A stretch of DNA of 63,984 nucleotides, counting the filler, from Basidioascus undulatus (lineage: Eukaryota), in NCBI GenBank assembly GCA_000826855.1. It is 8 parts of 8 records of this genome, joined end to end, with 100 filler letters (N's around TTAATTAATTAA, not from the genome) between each part and the next. Parts side by side here need not be neighbours in the genome. Positions count along the whole stretch, not along the records: positions 26,276 to 31,664 come from JTLS01001950.1; positions 31,765 to 37,149 come from JTLS01001951.1; positions 37,250 to 42,594 come from JTLS01001952.1; 5 more parts are not named here. One strand, given 5' to 3'. Of this stretch, positions 26,176-38,591 are shown piece after piece. Position 1 is the stretch's first letter; every line of letters starts with the position of its first letter. The notes below the pieces were generated by a model. That model was given only the letters and a program-made list of their open reading frames with translations. It did not search any database and was not told the origin of the DNA. A program made the translations under genes and the position numbers.

Positions 26176-26275
26176 NNNNNNNNNNNNNNNNNNNNNNNNN
26201 NNNNNNNNNNNNNNNNNNNTTAATTAATTAANNNNNNNNNNNNNNNNNNNNNNNNNNNNNNNNNNNNNNNNNNNN
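26176..26275. other. Artificial contig spacer (N44-TTAATTAATTAA-N44)
   Basis: 100-bp spacer with six-frame stops. Identical spacers are at 31665-31764, 37150-37249, 42595-42694, 48071-48170, 53540-53639 and 59007-59106. Confidence 0.99.
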
Positions 26276-27230
26276 TGCGTGAGGGGCTGAAGTTCGAGGT
26301 CGACCCTCCCGAGCAGCCTGCGTCGCTTCGCGCGTCCGACACGCTCACCGTATCCTCACACCGCCCGTCCACGGCTCAATTCGCGGCGATACCCGACGAC
26401 ATGCGCACTCGTTCACCAGAGCATTCGTACCGAGCGTCGCCGCCTCGCGAAGTTCCCCACTACGCAGTTCCCTCTCATGTCGGGCCGCCCAGCACAGTGC
26501 AGTCCCGGATCGGAACCACACAGCTGGTAGAGGTTCGTCTAACGCAGTTGCCTGGCTCGGACTGCGCTCAGTCGCTGACGAGATGGTCTATCCCCAGCCC
26601 GTCCCTCCTTCGCCCGTGCCGAAGCTCGAGCCCGAGACGCCCCGCTCCTTGTCGCCGTGCGACCCCTCAGAAGTCTTCCTCACCCCGCGCAGCACGAGGC
26701 GCAAGTCCGCGCCCGCCAAGACTGCGTCGAGCGCGACGAGCAAGTCAGCCAAGCGCAAGCGGCGGACGACGATGGACGACGAGGGGCCAGGCCCGAAGCG
26801 TTCTAGCGCGAAGCGGAAGCGCGGGGGTGGCGCGCCGCTTGGCACGCCGCCTGACTTTCAGGCGGGGCTCTGGAAGGTCAGTCACCCGTTCATTTTGAAG
26901 GAGGAGGACGGCGACGACGGTCCCGAGGCTGCAACGCAGGTTCGTGACACCGTCGACGCCCCCTTGCCATCGTACTGAGGCAGCTTGGGAAACGTAGGCC
27001 GCCACCCCTCCGTCGCGCCCGTCAGCGCTGAGCGCGCAAGCGTTCGGGCCGCAAGCGACAAACGAGAGCGAAGCCCCCCTCGACCCCGTCTCGTACAGCT
27101 CGCCCGACCCGCTCGACTGCATGGCGTCTCCTGGTCTCGACCGCACGCCCCCCTGCGACGGCGACGGCGACGCGGCGGAAGTGCTCCTGAGCCTGAGCAT
27201 GGTCTTTGGCGAGCGGCCCGTGGGCGTCTG
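26276..27230 (+). CDS. 3' fragment of a low-complexity, probably nuclear protein
   Basis: Coding-like GC-rich exons with basic NLS-like KRKRR/KRKR stretches; probable end DAAEVLLSLSMVFGERPVGV*. Confidence 0.45.
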
Positions 27231-28043
27231 AGAGGGGACAGACGGACGTGAGGACTTCTTGGCTCGACTGTACTTGTTTCGCGTACGCTGGTGGAATCGT
27301 CCTTTTTCTTTCGCTTTGGCTTATTTGAGTTGCTTGTTTAATGTGTTGTACCGGCCGCACTTGTACCTCAGTATCCACATTTTGCATTGATATCACCGAT
27401 GGCGTGGCTATTCACAGCAGCAATCGTAGCGTGGGGAATGTGAAAGACTTCTTTCCCTGAAACACACGCAGTTGGACGCTGCATACGGCATGCGCTGGAT
27501 CTCTCGCCGGGAATGGATACGCGCCGCAATCAGAGTAGGCCACTGGATCTGAAACATAATCCGAGCAAAGGAAGGGGAAGGACAATGACGTTCGGACTTG
27601 GGATGGACCGGCTTTTGTCCCTCATGCTCAGCACTGAGATGCAGCCGGCGTGCTCTCCCTCCGATTCCTACATCGCTCCTTTCCGACCTCGCTCCTCCAT
27701 CTCTTTCCATGACCCCCAGGGCCTGCACAAACTCCACTCTTTTAATCGCTCCTTGACGCCGCTCTCTTTACCATCATGGATATTTATGATCCCGTAACCA
27801 TGGTTTCAACGGTCACGTTTGGGTTCGGCCTGGCTGATATGTGCCCCTTATCATTTCGGGTGGTCGAATACGCTGGATGTTTCGTAGGCCAACCGGTGGG
27901 CGGATTACGATTCAGTCGACGAGTGGCAGTTCTTCCACATATCTGAGCTCTACAAGTACTACGAGGTAGGACTTCAGCCTGATCCACCTCAAACCACCCT
28001 CTCGCATACGCCGGGGAGGAAACTGAAGGGCACCTCAACTTCC

Positions 28044-28939
28044 ATGCACCACCCGATGCTCGGAATCAGTATCATCTCTTTGCGCCAAAGGAAGAACACC
28101 CTGCTCTTCTCGCCATCGCAGAAGGGCTCAATTGCCTCCCTGCCTCCCGAGGTGCTCGACCTCATCCGAAAGCACTTTCTCGGCGTACTCCTCGAAGAGC
28201 AGCTATCTACCGGACCCATCTCGAGGATAAACGATATGGTGCACTGAATTCCTACCAAAAGAGTATGCTTCGGGATGCGGTGGCTCCCGGGGGCCTGCTT
28301 GAGCATCGGTACTGGATGGGGCCCCTAGACGAACGACGGGGCTCGGACGGAAAGCCATGCAAGGCAAACGACTGGTATACATGACATCGCATTATGCGGA
28401 AGATTCATGTGTGAAGCTTCTTTGGAAAGTGGCAAGGTGAGAGGTCGGCCTTTCACACTCTTTATCCAGGATCTCGCTGTCGTCTCAGAAAAGCTGAAAG
28501 AGATGCTCGATCGCATTTATTACAGCTCGACCGCGCCAACCACCTCCTGAAGCAGTACGGTCTCGTCCGCTGTACCATGGGTGTCGCTCGACCGACTCAT
28601 CCGTAGGCGAGGACTTGGTCATGTCATATTGGCCTACCCGTGTCCCTCGAAGGGCCCTATGGGACGCAGTCCGCCTGCACGGTCGAGCTCGACTCGTACA
28701 AGAGGACGGAGCAGTCGCTCGTCTGCATCGACCCGTCCGCATTCATAGTCACCGCGGAGGAGAGGAGAAGGTTTTCTCGCTTCACAAGAGAGTTTGGGAT
28801 CGATGTTGTAGAGGCGCCCGAACAGTACTACACGCTCGATAGGGCGGAGGCCCCGTCGCGATCCTCGTCCGCCGGTGCGAGCGCCGCTCAGGCTGCAGAG
28901 CCGCGCTTCATGATCATCCATACACTCGGCGGGGAGTGA
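28044..28939 (+). pseudogene. Fragmented hypothetical gene with an F-box-like motif
   Basis: IASLPPEVLDLIRKH is followed by a stop; a downstream coding-like segment reads IDPSAFIVTAEERRRFSRFTREFGIDVV. Confidence 0.35.
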
Positions 28940-29507
28940 AGGGCTCTAGAAGGAATTGAATACTCTTTCATCATGTTACTGTTTCCCACAAATGTGCACG
29001 TGGCGACGATGGGTGCACCGCTGTCTGGGAATGCCTGCATGGCACGGACTTCTGCTTGAAGGGTGCGCAATCGCAAACCTGTGGAAGACTTCTGAGACCA
29101 CCGAATCTCAACCTTTGGTGCGGACTTCGGCCCCTAAGTCGAGGAGCCTCGGTGTAAATCTCTGCAGATAACCTCGGAACGCAGTCCCAAGGCCGGCAGC
29201 CATTGACTGCAGCACTGAGGTTCGGGCATTCGTCCAGCACAAACCTATGCACGTCGTGATTTCTTCAAGAATAAAGTGGGACCACACATTTTGAAAAATG
29301 TTTTGATGCTTGGCCCTCTGCGCAATCGGCTGAAACGAGGAATGCGAGTGCGCCCCCACTGCATGACTCACCTCCGTTGTCGCCCCCACGCCGCACGTTC
29401 CCCCCGTCCTTTTAACCCGAGGTCATTCTCCCGAGCTTCCTCTCTCTCCAGTAACGTACCACCAGCGTGCTATACTCATCAGATCACTTCCACTCACTGA
29501 AACCGCC

Positions 29508-30764
29508 ATGGTTTGCTCACTCACGACCGGAATCCCGTTCTTTATCGTCGATGCATTCACGGATACTGCTCTGGGAGGGAACCCTGCCGCTGTCGTCCTC
29601 CTCACCCAGCCTTTATCGGATGAACGTATGGTCGTCATCGCCAAGTATAATCTTCAACTCTCCCTCTCCTTTCGGCTGAGATTGATTGAGGTTGCGCTTT
29701 GTGTCCAGAGAGCTCGCCCAACCGGCAGTCGCTTTCGTCTCGCACCCTTCCATCCTTTCTCCGGCACTTTTCGCCGCCACATCTCCTATACTCTCCATCC
29801 GCTGGGTAGGCGGAGCGAACGGCCAGTTCCTCCCTCTCTGCGGGCACGCGACGATGGCCGCATCGCATGCCATCTTCCGGCTGCACCCCAACGCGAGCAA
29901 CATCTCGTACCGTTTTCCGGCGGGCAAATTGACGGCCGTTAAAGTCAAGGGGGGCGAGAGAGAGATCATGCAGGTAGAGATTGATCTGCCTGCTGGTGGA
30001 CAGACTGTTGCGCTTGAGGGAGAGGAGAAGAGGAGGGCGCTGGAAGTGCTCGCTGAGGCGGCGGGATTGCGGGAGGTGGACGTTGAGGAGTTGGAGCAGA
30101 CCTTGAAGGTGCGATCTGTTTAACTATGTGTATTTTTTTGGGATGGTTCGGTCTCGTAAGGCTAACTCTTCGAATTTTACACACGTGGCAGACTCAGCAC
30201 AGCTTCCAAAACCTGATCGTTCGTCTCTCACCCTCGATCGACTTGCATGATCTCGCCATAGACCCATCCGTCCTCGTACGCCGCCCGACCTATCTCTCTC
30301 AGCAAAAAATGAATAAACCCTCAATCCCTTGACGGCATTCACCACAGACACGCTTTCCCTACCGCGGCTTCTTCCTCACCTCGCTCTACCCCTCCCACAC
30401 CTCCTCCACCGCACCCTACGCCTTCCGCTCCCGCACGTTCTTCCCCTCTCTGGGGATGCCCGAAGACCACGTCTGCGGGAGCATGCATTGCACCCTAACT
30501 CCGTGGTGGTTCGCACGTACGGGGGTGCCCCACGTGTGGGACGTTGTGAGAGGCGGGAAACAGGCGGTTGCGAAGCAGGAGAGCCGGAGGGGCGGGGTAG
30601 TAGGTGTGCGGTGGGATGGGAAGCTGGGGGAGGAGGGTGGGAGGGTGACCCTTGTGGGGGAAGCGGTCGGTGAGTACTTGTGTCGCTATGTGGCGGTTGG
30701 GACGGTCGAAGGCTGATACAGTGCTTCGTGCGCAGTCGTGGGAGAAGGCAAGCTGTACTTGTAG
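29508..30764 (+). CDS. PhzF/DAP-epimerase-like isomerase, multi-exon
   Basis: FFIVDAFTDTALGGNPAAVV; LPLCGHATMAASHAIF; FRSRTFFPSLGMPEDHVCGSMHCTLTPWW; QESRRGG..RVTLVGEAV|VVGEGKLYL*. Confidence 0.92.
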
Positions 30765-32266
30765 GGGGATTGCGGGTTGATGGAGGCTTCACAAAAAACA
30801 ATTACCTTTACCTGATTTGCGAGGTGACAGCGACAATATGTGCTAAATCGGATCACTTGCGGCATCCGGCGTCAGTACTCTCACAAGCACGCACAACTCG
30901 CGATGCAATCCTTCTTCTTCTCAGCTTGTATGCACTGCTAGGTTGAGATGATTTTAGAGAATGCTCATAGGATTCTTGGTTCAAGCAGACCGAATTGAAA
31001 GCGTAGGCAGCGGGACGATCCTGCAGAAGGGTGAGCTGCCACACTGCACCTGCATCAACGCTGTTTCTTGCTTGTCACTTATGCGAGCGAGCACGGCGGA
31101 GCGGGGTCCATTATGTTGATCACATGCCTCTTTGGCTAATTTGGTTAACCCGCTGACATTGGATGGAGGCAGCAGCATCAGAGATTAGGCCCGTCCCCCA
31201 CGGGCAAGGGCGATAATGCGAAGATGCGTCTGCGAAGACGAGGTGAGTTGGAAGGGTGAGCAGAAGAAACCATGAGCAAGGTGGTCCAGAACGACGTAGC
31301 CCTCGAAGAGAGCGACGAAATATCAAGAAGAGCGTGATGGGTATGTCGGAGTTCCAGGCATCGCGCAGTGCACCATTTCGCTTGAGGCATCGCGTACGAT
31401 TCCGTTCGGAAAGCGGCTGTGACTTGGTTTTGATGGCGACAGGTCAAGAATTGGGTGACGCAGGACAATGTGGTAGTACAATAATGTAGCATGAGCGCGT
31501 AGTCCCTTATCGACACTGTCCCGTCCCAACTCTTCGTCGTGCTTGGTGATTGGAACCACGCCCACCCGCTCTCAGCCCGCCCCGACAACCACCGACACCC
31601 TGAACCCACCCAGGAACCCAACCCCCGATCTGACCCTCCCCCCCACCGCGCCAGCTCACTACCGNNNNNNNNNNNNNNNNNNNNNNNNNNNNNNNNNNNN
31701 NNNNNNNNTTAATTAATTAANNNNNNNNNNNNNNNNNNNNNNNNNNNNNNNNNNNNNNNNNNNNGAGGTTCGCGTGGAGGTGGGTGACGGGGGAGATGGG
31801 AGACGGTAAGGGGGGGAGGCGGGGATGTGATTTGATGCGTTGAATGGAATTGAGGGGAGAACAAGGGGCAGGCAGGGTGCATGGTACGCGTTGTCCTATG
31901 GGTCGGCCACGAATGCGTGCTGCGCTGCGTCGGTCCGCTGAAATCGAGCAGATCGAGAGCGTGTCCGTCTTCGATTTCCGAAGCGGATGCTGGCAAGGGA
32001 CGCATGAATGCAGGCCGTTGCGTCGTGTCGTTGCCTTATGTCGCATGGAAGGGAACGGTGCACGGCGAACAGCGCGGAAATGGGCGACACGTCTGCACAC
32101 TGTTCCTTCGGCTGAAGTCTGCTTGTTGAGCACAAGAGTTCCGCGAACGACTTGCGGGCAAACAGACTTGACGCGTCCGAGCAGTCACAAACTCACTGAA
32201 GTGGAAGCACCGCCCCAACTTGGACATGCATTTAAATGGCAGTCGTGGTGGCTGCGTGAGGGCTCG

Positions 32267-33405
32267 CACAGTCGCATAGAGTTCGGACGCTGGTTAATCA
32301 GAGGGCTATATTGGATGGTCAAAATGTCATCTATAAAGTCGAAGAGACTGTCCCAGTCTCTTGCAGCGAAATTGAGGAGCAGGGGGGCAAGGAGCGCAGG
32401 GCAACAAAGAGTCGCAGCGCTGTGGCTCTGCCGCGGGGATAGAGCGCCACGCATCCATCCATGAAAGGCATGCGGTCCACACCGTCCACCCGAGGCAGCT
32501 CCTGATCCCTTCTCCGGAAGTACTCATTCCCTCATCCCATCCAGATCTTCTCCACTCTCACCTCAGCATCGAGGAAGACGTTTGTGCGCTCCTGCAAACA
32601 CAAAGTTCGTTAGCCGGCTCACGACCATCTCACTCGTTACTAGTCAATGAAGTACCTCAATACAGTCACAATGATAGGCCGAGTTGGGCCCCAGGATCCG
32701 CGCGGGCTCGCGCACGTCGGCATCCGTGAACTCGTCGAGGTGCTCGAAGGCCTTACCCAGGGAGGAGGCGGACAGGACGTCCACGCACTTTTCCCTAAAA
32801 ATATTTGGCAGAGGTTGGGAGTGGTCGTGGCCATGGGCGTTGCCTTGCAGGGGGGGAGAGAGCGGGACGGGCGCAATGAAATAAAAGCAGTTTGGTGGGC
32901 GAGCGCGATAAGCTAAGAGACTGGCCCATTTTGTTTTCGAAGGGGGGCGGAGAAGACATTGTCGGGGAAGGGAGGAAGTCGGATGTTCTAGAGGAAGGGG
33001 AAGAGGATTGGAAGAGGAAGAAGAGGGAGCTGTAGCGGATGCGGATTCCGAATCTGGAGCGGGCACGCAGCCTCACGCAGGATTAGCGCGAGCCCTTAGG
33101 TGCCACCGCCTCCAGTTTGTAATATAACGAATGTGTTTAATGTGAAGGTTACAAAAAGGACAATTTTGAAAAGTATTGACTAAATTTGGGGCGCTGCAAG
33201 TCGCACCGGGCGCAGCGTGACGGCAGCGGCAGCCGACTCGGCGGCGAGCGCAGTCGCAAAGAATTCAGACGGTGGTTGATCAGGTATATTAGATGTTCGA
33301 AATTCATATATCAAGTCAAAGAGATTGTCCCTGTCTCGTGAAGGAAAAATGGGGAGCAGGGCAAGAGGAAGCGTCGCAGCGTCGCAGCATTGCTGTGTCT
33401 GCGGA
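32267..33405. repeat. Pair of diverged ~160-bp direct repeats (~32267-32435 and ~33249-33405)
   Basis: CAGTCGCATAGAGTTCGGACGCTGGTTAATCAG..TATATTGGATG..AAGAGACTGTCCCAGTCTC versus CAGTCGCAAAGAATTCAGACGGTGGTTGATCAG..TATATTAGATG..AAGAGATTGTCCCTGTCTC. Confidence 0.85.
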
Positions 33406-33472
33406 CTTCAGGCGTAGGGGTCAAAGTTCCTGATTCCCCATGGTCGCTTAGATCAGTACATCATCATTGAAA

Positions 33473-35303
33473 TTATTGGGAGCCAAAGGAAGAAGGATAG
33501 ACGTACTCCTGCCACGGAGACTTCCCGATAGCCGCACCTGCAGGTGCGATGTTGTACCCGCCGTTCTCGCGGATTTTCCTGATACCCAGTGGGTAAGAGA
33601 CCAGCGTCCCTCGAGTTAGAAAATCAAAGTGAGGGTACGCACGGGAACTCCTGCAGCCAAATCTTGTTCGCCCGCTTGAAAGGCTCGTGGCTGAGAGGCA
33701 TGAGACCCGGGTTGCGCGGCTGGCGCGAAGCAAGCGAGTCGTACTGGACGTTCACGAAGACGAACGCAAATCAGGCTCATTGTTCAAAAATTCCGAGGCT
33801 TGACAGATGCGTACCTGCTGCGCCAGCCACCCCTCGTCCTTCCCGGGGCAGTTGGTACCCTGGTCGATGTTCAGGCACCAGTCGCTCGAGTCTGGGAGGG
33901 AGCCAGTGTAAGGACGATGGCTTGTTCCGGTGAAGCAAGGCACAACGCATACCCCAGTTCCACCAGATGGCGGTGAGGCCGAACACCTCTTTGAGGATGG
34001 CACGGACACGGTTGTCTGCGTCACCGTCAGGCTAATGCGAGCCATGTGAGTTTCAGCGGGACCTCGATTAGAACGTAACAGAGATCAGACTTACGAAGCG
34101 GAACAGGGCAGGAACCTTGCCGGTCACGTCGTAGATGATCTGCCTTTGTACGGTAAAGTATGTTAGCCGGCTCGTTCGTTAAGTGAAGAGCGGACGCAAG
34201 CTGATCTCACATGGACCAGTAGACCTCCGCTGCGAACTGGTCGTTCGTCACTACGGGACAAGAGCACAGTTAGCAAATGTCAATTCTGTGACATTTCGAT
34301 CTGCAGCGTACGAGTAGTAGAGAATCTGTTGCAATGGAACTTGTCAATTGAATGTGTCCATAGGCGACAGGCGTTCAACACGCACTGGTGCGACCATGTG
34401 TGGCTAGCAATCTCGTCCCTGCCGTTGAACGCGTCGCGTGCAAGCTGAGGGTATGACTTGATGTAGGTGCCGATCTGTTGGAATGCCACATGAGATTTAA
34501 GCGCACTGCTGAGTTATCTTGCGCGGGGAAGGCACGCACCATGAAATGCGTCGCGGTGACCCCATTACTCCGCAGATAGTTGTAAATGTCTTGCGCGTCC
34601 TGTACACCAAAAAGGGTTAGAAAGACCAGAAGAACGGACAAGAGGAAATGTAAGCTCACGGGAGTACTGTGAGGGGAAAAGAACGGTGGTCAACGGCAGC
34701 TTAGCACGATCAGTGAAACACGGAAGACGAACGGTCCATCATCGAAGTTCAGGGCGAAGTATCCCTCATTTGAGTCATTCACACTGAGCCGTCAGAGTCA
34801 GCGGCATTCGTACATGAGGTTCTACAGACAGCTTGACGTACTCCTCCGGCTGATGGCACTGGTTGACCGTCCAGGAGCAGGTGTTCGGGTCTTGACCGGT
34901 TGAGGGGTCCGGGTAGGCAGGGTAGCCCGTGCCATCTGTGGGAAGGTTCTCGGTTTAGAAATGTGCAGTTTGTCAACGTGCAAAGCACTGCTTGCCGTCC
35001 AGCTTTGTGACCGGGATGTCGGGGATCTTGCCCGCCGACTCGGCCGCCCGCAAGCGCTCCTTCACCTCATCCGGGTAACTCCCGTCAGACGAAAGGTCAG
35101 CAAACGCCTCATACGCATGAACAAAAAGAAACTCACGTGCTTGGGATCTCGTAGCCATTGGGGTATGCGTTCGCCCAGTCGGGACTGCCTATATCGGCGG
35201 TGTTGCGATGCGGCGCGAAGTAGGTGTCTTCGATACGGCTCGCGGAGGCGACGGTGGCGAAGACGCCGAGGAGCGGAAGAGTATAGGTGGAGAGGAAGGG
35301 CAT
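33473..35303 (-). CDS. Secreted polysaccharide/chitin deacetylase (CE4, NodB domain), multi-exon
   Basis: Signal peptide MPFLSTYTLPLLGVFATVASA; FALNFDDGP (motif 1); ATHFM|IG; EIASHTWSH (motif 2); IIYDVTGKVPALFR; DSSDWCL; GLMPLSHE (motif 5). A further short 3' exon is possible. Confidence 0.9.
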
Positions 35304-36122
35304 TATGCAGTGTCTATCGCAGAAATGACAGGGACGATAAGGAATGTGGGATGCCTAGCGATGCTCTGCACGGTATCAGCGTGTCAAGCACTGCAGTGCG
35401 GCTAGCTGCAAGTAACTCGCGAGTGAAGGGGTAGAGAGTTGTGGTACAAAGACGTAGATGATGGAAGGTGGCGATACAAAGGTGTGTTCGACGCGTTCAA
35501 AACGGCTTGCGAATGGTGAGGGTGCTAAATGCCGAATTGCACACTAAACCGACATACGACGTGCACGGCCCTGCCACGGACCCTCCGGACTGCTACGGAT
35601 GACCGAGGGGTGGGTTGGTGAGGGTGGGCCCCATTGTGGTGTACGGCAGTGCCAGCATAGGAGTCATCCAGAATGCGAAGGGTGTTGAGACCGATGATGG
35701 AGGGAGGCCGCGGAAGGTGGAGTGAGGGTTATATGCCCTCGAGCCCCAAAAGCTACCGCCCTGGGTTGGTTCACCGACTTGAGAATTTCTGCTCCCTCTC
35801 AAAGTCATAACCGAGGGGTCACAGAAAGCCTTCGAAGTCACACCAACGTCCGACTCTTCCTGCGTAACGTTAATCAAGAGAACTTGGGGACGACCTGCAG
35901 TGAGGAGGGAAGCAAAGGCACGGCAGCTGTAAGTTCTTTACGCCCACAACATATGCTCAAAGGACAATTTTTACGGTGCACCCCGGTTCGAGTTCCAGGC
36001 ATGACATAAATTCGTCAGCATACGGTGGCGCTGAACTCGCAAACGCGTCGCGGGCTCCTTGCTGCGGTCAACTGCGGTGCGCTCGTCCGACTGCTCTCGT
36101 TGTCACACGTTGCTTTGAGGTA

Positions 36123-36454
36123 TGGTGCGCGTTACCTAGTCACAGCAAATGTTCTAGGCGGCCTTTTCTAAAGTCAACTTCCTGAAATTGGATATTGAGG
36201 CTGTAGAAGGGGGTCGAAAGTTATGCACAAGTTGAGTGACATAAGCTTTTTCCACACCCACCTTGTGAAATTCCCTATGTGTGGCCATGCCATTTGCGGC
36301 GGTACAACTTTTATAACTCCATCAAAAATTATTTTTTGGGCAAACCGTCTGGTAGATTTCTTATCTTTATTTGAACAATGCCTATGCGAAACAAAGAAGC
36401 GTAGTGCTCGGCGCGAGGCGGTTTGAATTTGCTGTGACTAGGTGACGCGCACCA
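36123..36454. mobile_element. MITE (non-autonomous Tc1/mariner-type), 28-bp TIRs, TA target-site duplication
   Basis: TA|TGGTGCGCGTTACCTAGTCACAGCAAAT ... ATTTGCTGTGACTAGGTGACGCGCACCA|TA, with one mismatch; AT-rich, non-coding interior; 332 bp. Confidence 0.85.
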
Positions 36455-37081
36455 TATGTCTGCATATCTCCATGATCTCTCTTTCAAAATGCCACTGGGT
36501 ATCGGACTGAGTCAAAGATCATGACCATGTGCGCACCGCCAGTGGGAAATATCGGCCTGGTCAGCCTTGCCGGGAGCGGCTGTATGCACTAGCAGTTCCC
36601 CTTTCGCACTGTGAACAGATACTCGGATATACCCGGAAGGGAAGCACAATGGCAAAATACTGTATTGCGGCGTAACATTGCAGCCTTGGAGTACATGTCA
36701 TGAGAAAGAGGGTTTCAACGCATGACCGCTGAGATGTCTTTTCACAGTGAAGGCCGGGACGGCGCACAAGTCAGTGCCTGCCTTGGAGGCTGCTGCAAGC
36801 AGCGACCAGACCTACAGATGTGCTGCGCGGCTTTTGAAGCCCACTGAGTCCATCAAGATATTCTCGATCCCCCACTGCCCATGCGATGTAGGTCAAGTTG
36901 AGAGTTCGCATCAAGAAGCCAGCCAAGGAAAGGTCGTCGCTGTGGGACAGCTGTCCCTGTCTAAGATGTACCTTCATGTTTCGGGTGTCAGCATTGTAAG
37001 TGCAAGCAGGGTTCCTCAAAGGCTGAGTGCTACTAGGTATCTTAAGTAGTCCTGAGGATCACTTTAGTCAAGTTATTATAC

Positions 37082-37149
37082 GGGCATTTGGTGTAGGGGC
37101 TATCACATCTCATTCGCATTGAGGGGGTCCCCGGTTCAATTCCGGGAAT
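37082..37149 (+). tRNA. tRNA-Ala(CGC), 3'-truncated at the contig end
   Basis: Identical to the complete copy at 38315-38387 as far as the spacer. Confidence 0.88.
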
Positions 37150-37249
37150 NNNNNNNNNNNNNNNNNNNNNNNNNNNNNNNNNNNNNNNNNNNNTTAATTA
37201 ATTAANNNNNNNNNNNNNNNNNNNNNNNNNNNNNNNNNNNNNNNNNNNN

Positions 37250-37666
37250 CGCAAAACTCTCTGCGGCACGCTCGACTACCTCCCGCCCGAGATGGTCGAG
37301 GGCCATGAGCACACCTGCGCGGTCGACCTCTGGGCGCTCGGCGTGCTGACGTACGAGTTTGTTGTCGGCGCCCCGCCGTTCGAGGCGCATGGCGACGCGA
37401 AGGCGACGTACCGCAAGATCTCGCGCGTCGAATATCGGTGCCCGGCGCATGTTAGTAAGGGGGCGAGGAATCTTATTGGGAAGGTGGGCGGGCGTTTGCC
37501 TTCCCTCTCTCGAAATAGGAGAAGGCAGGGCTAATGTGGGTGGGGAGGGGGACAGCTCGTTGTGAGGGACCCCAAGAAACGCCTTCCCCTCGCGGAGGTG
37601 CTGAGGCAGCCGTGGATCGACCAGCACCGCAAGAGTTTGGACGGCCCGGGGCCGGCGTCGTCTTGA
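37250..37666 (+). CDS. IPL1: Aurora kinase, C-terminal part
   Basis: [50 protein letters not shown]..|[21 protein letters not shown]; the LDYLPPEM motif is Aurora-type. Confidence 0.9.
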
Positions 37667-38314
37667 CTCATTTCCATCACAATTCACTCCATCGGACTTC
37701 ACTTAATCGTACGCCTAATCGAGTACTTCGTTCTTCGTACACGGACTCTAGCATCGCAGCATCAACCGCATTGCATACCATTGCTGCATATTTATCATCT
37801 TCGTGCCCTTAATTGCTCATATTGGTTCATATACCTTCGCATGCCTTGTATCCGCATAATATCCGTATGATATTTTCGTCGTGGCCCGTTCTGATTGTTC
37901 TCCTTCAAGTCCGCCTCGTCTCAGGTCTGACAGCGACAGTGTCTGCTGTGTCGAGCCGCAGTTTTGCTGAAGCCGTGTTACGACTGCCGAAGTCCTGAAA
38001 GGCATATGGTTGTCGTTATGTACCCGTGAGCTCAAGTGCTACTCATCATGTGCACGTTCATTCTGTTCAGCAGACGGTGACCCCAAGTGACCCGAGTGCA
38101 GCCTTTAATACATGTTGACCTGCATTCCTGCCAGTGCCTTTCCATGTCGCGCACTGCCGTGTTTTTTAGAGGCGGCTCTGGTGCAGATCTGTGTAACCGA
38201 GATGTTCAGTAAGATGTTGATGGTGGACGCAGGTGTTTGTCGGATGAGCACTGTACATCATCCTGCCGCGACTGTGTGCTTCAATAAGTGTGGAAACAAG
38301 CATATGACCGTCAT

Positions 38315-38387
38315 GGGCATTTGGTGTAGGGGCTATCACATCTCATTCGCATTGAGGGGGTCCCCGGTTCAATTCCGGGAATGTCCA
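38315..38387 (+). tRNA. tRNA-Ala(CGC)
   Basis: Acceptor stem GGGCATT/AATGTCC with G3:U70 and discriminator A; anticodon arm TCTCA-TTCGCAT-TGAGG; TTCAATT T-loop; downstream TTTT. Confidence 0.95.
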
Positions 38388-38591
38388 ATCATTTTGGCTT
38401 TTTCCATTTTCCTGCTTCACTGACAACGAAAAGGGATGAAATACATGGGAGGAATGTCCTATTTATTGTTTTTGGCGAACGGGGCTGTGCGGTGTACGCA
38501 CCTTAGACTCGGTCATGATGCGCCCGAGTCGCCGGAGCTTCTCTCGCCCTCACTCTCGCTTGCCTTTTCTGAAGTACCGCGACCGGCCGCC

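Noticed and set aside
14744..30764. Possible secondary-metabolite cluster (2OG oxygenase, isochorismatase, PhzF)
   Set aside because: No backbone synthase is present, the isochorismatase looks decayed, and PhzF lies on another contig.
12367..35303. Apparent chitin/chitosan cluster (chitin synthase regulator and chitin deacetylase)
   Set aside because: The genes are on different contigs separated by spacers, so there is no evidence of linkage.
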